From Xanthomonas campestris pv. campestris str. ATCC 33913 (GTDB lineage: Bacteria; Pseudomonadota; Gammaproteobacteria; Xanthomonadales; Xanthomonadaceae): a DNA stretch of 32,000 bases. Shown here in pieces: positions 9,200-15,746 of the stretch (its first letter is position 1; each line of letters opens with the position of its first letter). The notes under the pieces are model-generated. The model was not told the origin of the DNA. It worked only from the letters and a program-made list of their open reading frames with translations, and did not search any database. Location of the stretch: assembly GCF_000007145.1 (NCBI RefSeq), contig NC_003902.1, forward strand, positions 4,406,497 to 4,438,496, written 5' to 3'. Both the position numbers and the translations under genes were made by a program.

Positions 9200-11857
9200 A
9201 TGTTCAGAACTCTCGTGTCCGTTTTCGTGTTTCTTGTTGGCCTGCTGGCGGTGTGCTGGGTCGGCATCGGTTACCTCGGCTCCAACCCGCTCGGCGCATT
9301 GGTCGCCGCGGTCATCGGGGCGTGCTACATCGCCGGTGCGCGGGAGCTGTACCACTACCGCCAGGCCACCATCGCGCTGGAGCAGGCGCTCGAAGGTGTG
9401 AGCAGCGCACCCGCTGCGTTGGCCGACTGGCTGCAGACCGTGCCCGCCGGGCTGCGCAACGCCGTGCGCCTGCGCATCCAGGGTGAACGCGTGGCGCTGC
9501 CGGCGCCGGTGCTCACGCCGTATCTGGTTGGCATGCTGGTGCTGCTGGGCATGCTCGGCACCCTGCTTGGCATGATGGCCACGCTCAAGGGCACCGGTTT
9601 TGCACTGCAGAGCGCCACCGACCTGCAGGCCATCCGCGGCTCGCTGGCGGCACCGGTGGAAGGCCTTGCGTTCGCGTTCGGCACCTCCATCGCCGGCGTT
9701 GCCACCTCGGCCATGCTCGGGCTGCTGTCGGCGCTGTGCCGGCGTGAGCGCCTGCAGGCCGTGCAACAGCTCGACCTGAAGATTGCCACCGCGTTGCACA
9801 CGTATTCGGACGCGCACCAGCGCGGCGAGACCTTCAAGCTGCAGCAGCAACAAAGCGCGCTGATGCCGGCCCTGATCGACCGCCTGCAGGCATTGATGGC
9901 CAGCATCGAGCAGCACAGCGCCGCCGCCGATGCACGGCTCACCGCGCAGCAGGCCGAATTCCATGCGCGCACTGAAACCGCCTACCTGCGCCTGGCCGAC
10001 TCCCTGCAGCAGTCATTGCAGGCCGGTGTGGCCGACAGCGCCCGCGCGGTGGGCGATGCATTGCAGCCGGCGATGGCCGCCACCATGGCCGGCATCGCGC
10101 AGGAAACCACCGCCCTGCATGCGCGCATCAGCGACGCGGTGCAGCAGCAGCTGGAAGGCATCAGCACCGGCTTTGCGCACAGTGCCAGCGCCGCCAGCGC
10201 GCACTGGAGCACGGCGATGACCGCGCAGGAACGTGCGCAGCAGGCGCAGACCGAACAGCTGCAGCACGCGCTCGCACAGATGGCGCAGCAGACCACCGCG
10301 CTGCAGGACAGCGTGGGCCAGGCCGTGCAGCAGCAGCTGGGCGTGCTGACAGACGGATTCGAACGCAGCACCAGCGCTGCCGCCGCCAACTGGCAGGCCG
10401 CGCTCACCGCGCAGGAACAGGCCCAGCAGGCGCTCACACAACAACTGCAGAGCACCCTCGCACAACTCGCCGCGCAAACCACCGCACTGCAGGACAACCT
10501 TGGCCAGGCGGTGCAGCAGCAACTGGCTGCGCTCAACGATGGCGTTGCGCACAGCACCGCCGCGGCGGCCGCAGGCTGGGCCGCGGTGCTGGCCGAACAC
10601 CAGCAGTCCACCCAGGCGCTCAGCGCGCAGTTGCAGCGCACGGTGGAGCAGATTGCCGAGCACAGCACCACGCTGCAGGATGGCGTGGGCCAGGCGGTGC
10701 AGCAACAGCTCGACGGGCTCAGCACCGGCTTCGCCGCCAGCACCGCCACTGCCGCGCAGACCTGGACGGCGGCAGCGAGCGAACAGCAACGCGCCAACCA
10801 GAGCCTGACCGATGCACTGCACACCACGCTGACGCACTTCGCCAGCACGTTTGAAGCACGCTCCGAAGCCTTGGTGGATGCGGTGTCCGCGCGCCTGGAA
10901 CAGTCCAGCAGCCAGACCGCCGATGCCTGGAATGCCGCGCTGGCGCAACAGCAGCAGGCCAGCGCGGAGCTGGCCGCACAGCACCAGGGCGCACTGAGCG
11001 CAGCCACCGCCAGCAGCGAGGCGCACGCCGCCGCGTTGATCGGCACGCTGCAGCAGGCGCATATTGAGTTGCAGGCCGCACTGGAAGCACGCGACGACAC
11101 CCGCCTGGCGCTGTGGAGCGAGCGCTTCACCGCGATGAGCACGCGCCTGAGCGCGCAATGGGAACACACCGGCCAGCAAGTGGCGCAGCAGCAACAGGCC
11201 ATCTGCGACACCCTGGCCGCCACCGCCAGCGAGCTCTCCACGCAGGCGCAGGCACAGGCCAGCGCCACCATTGCCGAAGTGTCGCGCCTGATGCAGATCG
11301 CCGCCGAAGCCCCCAAGGCCGCTGCCGACGTGGTGGCCGAGCTGCGCCAGAACCTCTCCGAAAGCATGGTGCGCGACACCGCGATGCTGGAAGAGCGCAG
11401 CCGCTTGCTCGCCACGCTGGACACCTTGCTCAACGCGGTCAATCACGCCTCCACCGAACAACGCGTCGCCGTCGATGCACTGGTCAGCACCTCGGCCGAT
11501 CTGCTGCAGCGTGTGGGCAGCCAACTCACCGAACAGATCGGCACCGAGACCAGCAAGCTCGAAGCGGTGGCCGCGCAGGTCACCGGCAGCGCGGTGGAAG
11601 TGGCCAGCCTGGGCGATGCGTTCGGACACGCGGTGCAGTTGTTCAGCACCTCCACCGGCGAGCTCAACGACCGCCTGCAGCACATTGCCGGCGCACTGGA
11701 TGCCGCGCAGGCGCGCAGCGACGATCAGCTGGCGTATTACGTGGCGCAGGCGCGCGAAGTGGTGGACCTGAGCATGCTCTCGCAGAAGCAGATCATCGAA
11801 GAACTGCGCCTGCTCGATGACCGCCGCGTGGACGCCAACGGAGCGCAGCCGGCATGA
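9200..11857 (+). CDS. MotA/ExbB/TolQ-like channel protein fused to a ~700-aa repeat-rich helical tail (DUF802-like), 885 aa
   Basis: ATG 9200 lies inside track ORF 9080..11857, 10 nt after the upstream stop. Four hydrophobic helices: LVSVFVFLVGLLAVCWVGIGYL, LGALVAAVIGACYIAGA, LVGMLVLLGMLGTLLGMMATL, GLAFAFGTSIAGVATSAMLGLLSAL. The last pair matches the MotA_ExbB signature (compare ExbB LGLLGTVWGIM...ALLATAIGLVAAIP). The rest is Ala/Gln/Leu-rich with a 62-aa periodicity. Confidence 0.8.
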   Translation: MFRTLVSVFVFLVGLLAVCWVGIGYLGSNPLGALVAAVIGACYIAGARELYHYRQATIALEQALEGVSSAPAALADWLQTVPAGLRNAVRLRIQGERVALPAPVLTPYLVGMLVLLGMLGTLLGMMATLKGTGFALQSATDLQAIRGSLAAPVEGLAFAFGTSIAGVATSAMLGLLSALCRRERLQAVQQLDLKIATALHTYSDAHQRGETFKLQQQQSALMPALIDRLQALMASIEQHSAAADARLTAQQAEFHARTETAYLRLADSLQQSLQAGVADSARAVGDALQPAMAATMAGIAQETTALHARISDAVQQQLEGISTGFAHSASAASAHWSTAMTAQERAQQAQTEQLQHALAQMAQQTTALQDSVGQAVQQQLGVLTDGFERSTSAAAANWQAALTAQEQAQQALTQQLQSTLAQLAAQTTALQDNLGQAVQQQLAALNDGVAHSTAAAAAGWAAVLAEHQQSTQALSAQLQRTVEQIAEHSTTLQDGVGQAVQQQLDGLSTGFAASTATAAQTWTAAASEQQRANQSLTDALHTTLTHFASTFEARSEALVDAVSARLEQSSSQTADAWNAALAQQQQASAELAAQHQGALSAATASSEAHAAALIGTLQQAHIELQAALEARDDTRLALWSERFTAMSTRLSAQWEHTGQQVAQQQQAICDTLAATASELSTQAQAQASATIAEVSRLMQIAAEAPKAAADVVAELRQNLSESMVRDTAMLEERSRLLATLDTLLNAVNHASTEQRVAVDALVSTSADLLQRVGSQLTEQIGTETSKLEAVAAQVTGSAVEVASLGDAFGHAVQLFSTSTGELNDRLQHIAGALDAAQARSDDQLAYYVAQAREVVDLSMLSQKQIIEELRLLDDRRVDANGAQPA
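10106..10849 (+). repeat. Four tandem 186-bp (62-aa) intragenic repeats inside the tail of the MotA-like protein
   Basis: Repeat starts at 10106, 10292, 10478 and 10664: TTALHARISDAVQQQLEGISTGFAHSASAASAHW... / TTALQDSVGQAVQQQLGVLTDGFERSTSAAAANW... / TTALQDNLGQAVQQQLAALNDGVAHSTAAAAAGW... / STTLQDGVGQAVQQQLDGLSTGFAASTATAAQTW... Degenerate copies flank them on both sides. Confidence 0.9.
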
Positions 11858-12501
11858 GCGATGAGATCGACCTCGATGGCGAATCCGCCGCACCGATCTG
11901 GGCCGCGTTCGGCGACCTGATGTCGGTGCTGCTGGGCGCGTTCGTGCTGATCCTGGTCGGCGTGATCGGCGTGCAGTTGCAGCTGTCCAGCCGCCTGGAC
12001 GACGAGGTCAAGCAACGCCAGGCCGAAGCGCAGCGCCGCAAGACCCTGGAACAGGCGTTGGCCGCACCGCTGGCCGCCGGCCGCGTCACCCTGGTCAACG
12101 GCCGCATCGGCATCCGCGGCAGCGTGCTGTTTGCGCTCAATTCCGACCAGCTGCAGCCGGAAGGCCGCGAGGTGTTGAAGAGCCTGGCCGCGCCACTCTC
12201 CGAGTACCTGGTGTCGCGCGAAGAGATCCTGATGATCAGCGGCTTCACCGACGACCGCCCGGTGCTGGACAGCAACCGTCGCTATGCCGACAACTGGGAA
12301 CTGTCCGCGCAACGCGCGCTCACCGTCACCCGTGCGCTAATCGCCGAAGGCGTGCCCGCCTCTTCGGTGTTCGCGGCCGCTTTCGGCTCGCAGCAGCCGG
12401 TGGATTCCAACGCCGACGAAACGCGCCGCGCCAAGAACCGCCGTGTGGAAATCGCGCCGATTCCGCGCCCGTCGGCCACCGCTACTGCCGCACCACGATG
12501 A
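11854..12501 (+). CDS. MotB/OmpA-family peptidoglycan-binding stator-like protein (215 aa)
   Basis: Track ORF. The start overlaps the upstream stop (ATGA). Single N-terminal TM with an embedded Asp (PIWAAFGDLMSVLLGAFVLILVGV, D21), as in MotB/ExbD/TolR/ZorB. C-terminal OmpA-like domain motifs: ISGFTDDRPV, NWELSAQRALTVTRAL, NRRVEI. Confidence 0.88.
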   Translation: MSDEIDLDGESAAPIWAAFGDLMSVLLGAFVLILVGVIGVQLQLSSRLDDEVKQRQAEAQRRKTLEQALAAPLAAGRVTLVNGRIGIRGSVLFALNSDQLQPEGREVLKSLAAPLSEYLVSREEILMISGFTDDRPVLDSNRRYADNWELSAQRALTVTRALIAEGVPASSVFAAAFGSQQPVDSNADETRRAKNRRVEIAPIPRPSATATAAPR

Positions 12502-13211
12502 GCCGCACCGCGTCATCCACCCAGGCTCAGCTGGAACAGTGGCGCGCGCAAGGCGCCGACCAGCGCGACCCGGTGCGCTTCCATCTGATGCAGACCTTGC
12601 AGGCACGTGCCGCCACGCAGCCGCCGGCCGTGCGTCAGGTGCTGGAAGACAAGCTCGCCGCGTTGGTGACGGCCTATGCACAGGCGCGGCAGCCGGCGCC
12701 GGTCTCCGTGCCCGTACCTGCGCCGGCACAACCACCGGCCGCGCCCAAATCGCGCGCGCGCAACAAGCGCAGCGCCGCACCTGCGCCTGCACCGGTCTCC
12801 GCACGCCAGGCACTGAGCGAGCTGCTCACGCAGATGGCCGGCCACACCGCACTGCTCAGCGACAGCAGCACCGGCAATGCCGCGCATGCTCCGCAATTCC
12901 CCGAGTTGCCGGCGCTGGACGACTTCCGCCGCACCTGGGCCACCGTGCGCACCGCCAGCCAGGTGCGGCAATCGCTGCAGGACGCACCCGCCGATGCCGG
13001 CCCGCTCAATTCCAGCGTGCTGGTGCATCGATGCATCAGCCTGATGCGCGCGCAAGCGCCCGGCTATCTGCAGCACTTCCTCGCCTACGTCGATGCCTTG
13101 TCGTGGATGGAGCAGCTGCAGCACGGCGGCGCACTGGCCACTGAAGCGCCGGCACCGGCATTGCCGGGCAAGAAACGCAGCCGCAGCGCGGCGCCGAAGC
13201 GACGCGCTTAG
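12498..13211 (+). CDS. DUF2894-like protein (237 aa); last gene of the motor-like operon
   Basis: Track ORF. The start overlaps the upstream stop (ATGA). Two helical segments separated by a Pro/Ala-rich linker (QPAPVSVPVPAPAQPPAAPKSRARNKRSAAPAPAPVSA). Conserved-looking PGYLQHFLAYVDALSWMEQL and a basic C-terminal tail GKKRSRSAAPKRRA. Family assignment is from memory. Confidence 0.7.
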   Translation: MSRTASSTQAQLEQWRAQGADQRDPVRFHLMQTLQARAATQPPAVRQVLEDKLAALVTAYAQARQPAPVSVPVPAPAQPPAAPKSRARNKRSAAPAPAPVSARQALSELLTQMAGHTALLSDSSTGNAAHAPQFPELPALDDFRRTWATVRTASQVRQSLQDAPADAGPLNSSVLVHRCISLMRAQAPGYLQHFLAYVDALSWMEQLQHGGALATEAPAPALPGKKRSRSAAPKRRA

Positions 13212-13354
13212 AGCAGCGATCAAACCGACTGCGCAGCCGCCAGGCGGGCGCGGCCGGTGCTCGGAATCGGCACGTACCCACGTACATTCCGTTTCCTCCG
13301 CGCCGTCCGCACCCACCTGACGACTGCTCGCTACGGTTTGTTAGCCGCGCTTAG
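13207..13354 (-). repeat. MITE-like palindromic repeat, copy C (inverted; core 13212-13349; perfect CTTAG / CTTAG flanks)
   Basis: The reverse complement aligns end to end with copies A and B. The left CTTAG contains the TAG stop (13209-13211) of the DUF2894-like gene. Confidence 0.85.
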
Positions 13355-13364
13355 CCGCACGAAT

Positions 13365-13387
13365 GCGATGTGCGTAACGCACGTCGC
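13365..13387. terminator. Short hairpin between convergent genes
   Basis: GCGATGTGCG (13365-13374) / CGCACGTCGC (13378-13387), 3-nt loop, one G-T pair. Lies between MITE copy C and the 3' end of the TonB-dependent receptor gene. Confidence 0.3.
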
Positions 13388-13514
13388 CATCGCGGCGCGC
13401 GCACTATCGCCTTCTGGGGACTCTTTCGATCCGGTCTCGCGTGCTATGCAGCGCCCGCTGCAACGGCGCAGCGTCCTGCACGGCGACCGCGCAGCAGACG
13501 AACGGGCGCGCACC

Positions 13515-15653
13515 TCAGAACCTCAGCCGTGCGCCCACCGTCCAGGTGCGCGGCGCGCCCGGATACACCCATTGTTCGCTGTATGAAAACGCGGCGTAGC
13601 GGCGGTCGGTGAGGTTTTCCACCTTTGCATACAGCCGCAGACGCTCGCTGAGGTCGTAATGGCCTACCAGGCGCCACACCGTGTAGGCCGGCAACACGAA
13701 GCCGGTGTTGCTGTCGACCGACCCCAGCCGCTCACCGGTGCGCGACACGCCCACCCCCACCGCGGCGCTGCGCGTGCCGCTCAACGGTTGCGCGTAGTTG
13801 ACGAAGGCATTGCCGCTGAAGCGTGGCACGTTCGGAAAGCGGCGCCCTTCCGCCAGCCCGGTGCCCATTGCAGCGGCGCTGCTGCGGGTCACCTGCGAAT
13901 CGGTATAGGCCAGGCCCACCGAGGCGGCCAGGTGCGGAGTGAGCCTGCCCAGCAGATCCAGTTCTGCGCCTTCGCTACGCATCTGCCCCACCGGCAACGA
14001 AAAACTGGTGTCGGCCGGATCCAGGCTCAACACGTTTTCCTTGTCGATACGAAACACCGCCAGCGTCGCTTCCAGGCCCTCACCGGGCTGCACGTATTTC
14101 AGGCCGGTTTCCAGCGAGCGGCTCTTCTCGGGCGCGAAGCTTTGCCCGTTGGCACCCACGCCGCTATTGGGCCGAAACCCGGCCGCCGCACTGGCGTATA
14201 GCGACAGCGTGTCGTCCAGATGCACGGTGAGCCCGGCACGCGGGCTGATGACACCGTCGGAGGCTTGCTGCGTGGTTGCGCGCAGACGGTTGGCAATGTC
14301 CTGCTGATAGTGGTCGTAGCGCACGCCGAGCAAGGCCTTCCAGCGCGCGCCCAGATCGATCTGGTCCTGCGCATAGACGCCCCACACCTGTTGTCGCTCG
14401 TCGGTATCGGTGATCGGCGCCAACCGCCCGGGTTGCGCCACGCCATAGCGCGGTGCCAGCACGTCGATGCTGTAGGGCGTGGCCGCCGAGCGCGCGCGCA
14501 GCTGGTAGCGACTGTCGTTGAAGCGGTTGCCATCGATGCCGAACAACACGTGATGGGCGACCTTGCCGCTGCCGAGCGTGCCCAGCAGTTCGGCGCGCGC
14601 GGCGATGTCGCGGCCCTGGTAGTCGCGGTAGCGGCGCTCGCGCCGCAGCGTGCGATCGTCGGCCTGCAGCGTCCACGGCTCGGTGGAAAAGCCGCGCATG
14701 CCACTGTCGCGATACGTGGCACCGCCCTGCAACGACCAAGTCTGATTCAAACCATGCACCGCGAACACCTGGTGGCCGGTGGAATGCAGATCGATGTCGC
14801 CATCACCCGGCTCGCCCAGAAAGCGCGACGCCGGCAAGCGATTGGCATCGCCATCGATCGCGGTCACACCGCGATCGAACGGGGTGTGGATGCGCAGCAG
14901 TTCCAGCTCGTAGGACACCGTAGTGTCGGGCGTGGGCATCCACAGCAGCGACGGCGCCAGCAGCGTGGCGTCGCTATCGACCGTGTCGCGAAAGCTGTGC
15001 TGGTCCTTGTGCATGAGATTCACGCGGTAGGCCACGGTTTCGCTGAGCGGGCCGGTGCTGTCCAGCGCCGCGCGGTAGCTGTCAAAGCGCCCCGCAGACA
15101 GGTCCACGCTGTGCTGCGCATCGAACAAGGGTTTCTTGGTGACGATATTCACCGCACCACCTGGCTCGCCGCGCCCGTACAACGCAGACGCTGGCCCCTT
15201 GATCACTTCCACGCTCTGCGTGTTGGCGCCATCGCGCAGGCCGTTGTAACCGCGGCTGGCGTTGAAGCCGTTGACCATGTAGTCGGAACTGAAGTTGGGG
15301 TCGCCGGTGAACCCGCGGATCGAATAGCTGTCCCACAGCCCGCCCAGGTTATTGGCCTTGGTGATGCCGCTGGCCATGTCCAGCGCGCCGGCCAGATCGG
15401 TGACGCCGGCATCCTCCAGCAAGCTGTGGTCGAGCACGCGTGCACTGATCGGCAGATCGCGCAGCGGTGCTTCGGTCTTGGTGGCGCCGGTCACCGTCAG
15501 TGCGCGGTACGGTGCGTAGTCGCTGCGTACTTGCACCGCGTCCAGGCTGCGCGCCTGTGGCTCGGCCGCAGTGGCCGGCGCGGCGGCGCAGGCGAGCACG
15601 CCAAGCAGCGGCAGCGCCGAGACAACGTGGCGGCGTGGAAGAAGACTGGACAC
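13515..15653 (-). CDS. TonB-dependent (siderophore-type) outer-membrane receptor, 712 aa
   Basis: Internal GTG start at 15653 (AGGAG 9 nt upstream) of track ORF 13515..15725. Signal peptide ...LPLLGVLACAAAPATA/AEP. Plug-domain text (VTGATKTEAPLRDLPISARVL, VEVIKGPASALYGRGEPGGAVNIVTKKP). Beta-barrel text ends in the terminal aromatic ...TVGARLRF. Confidence 0.9.
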   Translation of the reverse strand: MSSLLPRRHVVSALPLLGVLACAAAPATAAEPQARSLDAVQVRSDYAPYRALTVTGATKTEAPLRDLPISARVLDHSLLEDAGVTDLAGALDMASGITKANNLGGLWDSYSIRGFTGDPNFSSDYMVNGFNASRGYNGLRDGANTQSVEVIKGPASALYGRGEPGGAVNIVTKKPLFDAQHSVDLSAGRFDSYRAALDSTGPLSETVAYRVNLMHKDQHSFRDTVDSDATLLAPSLLWMPTPDTTVSYELELLRIHTPFDRGVTAIDGDANRLPASRFLGEPGDGDIDLHSTGHQVFAVHGLNQTWSLQGGATYRDSGMRGFSTEPWTLQADDRTLRRERRYRDYQGRDIAARAELLGTLGSGKVAHHVLFGIDGNRFNDSRYQLRARSAATPYSIDVLAPRYGVAQPGRLAPITDTDERQQVWGVYAQDQIDLGARWKALLGVRYDHYQQDIANRLRATTQQASDGVISPRAGLTVHLDDTLSLYASAAAGFRPNSGVGANGQSFAPEKSRSLETGLKYVQPGEGLEATLAVFRIDKENVLSLDPADTSFSLPVGQMRSEGAELDLLGRLTPHLAASVGLAYTDSQVTRSSAAAMGTGLAEGRRFPNVPRFSGNAFVNYAQPLSGTRSAAVGVGVSRTGERLGSVDSNTGFVLPAYTVWRLVGHYDLSERLRLYAKVENLTDRRYAAFSYSEQWVYPGAPRTWTVGARLRF

Positions 15654-15671
15654 GGGGCAGGACTCCTGAAA

Positions 15672-15695
15672 GACAGCCGCCTGTTGGCGGCTGTC
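15672..15695 (-). terminator. Perfect 10-bp hairpin between the permease gene and the receptor RBS (intra-operon terminator or attenuator)
   Basis: Minus strand: GACAGCCGCC-AACA-GGCGGCTGTC followed by TTTCAGGAG, which is the receptor RBS. Lies about 50 nt after the stop at 15747. Confidence 0.5.
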
Positions 15696-15746
15696 GCGAT
15701 GAAGGCACACGAAACATCGATGCAACGGTGATACGGGAATGCGCCG

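Noticed and set aside
8125-9267. 380-aa minus-strand ORF and the 96-170-aa ORFs at 7854-8446
   Set aside because: They are antisense to the DUF3348-like gene, or simply translate the C/G-tract repeat (PIPDSPFPIP, GNREWGIG). There is no RBS and no coding signature.
9982-11893. 486-aa and 626-aa minus-strand ORFs inside the MotA-like gene
   Set aside because: Antisense shadows of the Ala/Gln repeat region (Cys/Ser/Ala- or Gly/Arg-rich nonsense). The plus-strand frame has the membrane domain, the periodic repeats and translational coupling to its neighbours.
8455-13211. Labelling the operon as a bona fide Zorya system (type I/II/III)
   Set aside because: Only the ZorA/ZorB-like architecture is present. 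I see nothing resembling ZorC/ZorD (helicase/nuclease) or ZorE (HNH), and the partner proteins are different families. The resemblance is reported as an analogy only.
14220-15731. 503-aa plus-strand ORF
   Set aside because: Antisense shadow of the TonB-dependent receptor gene.
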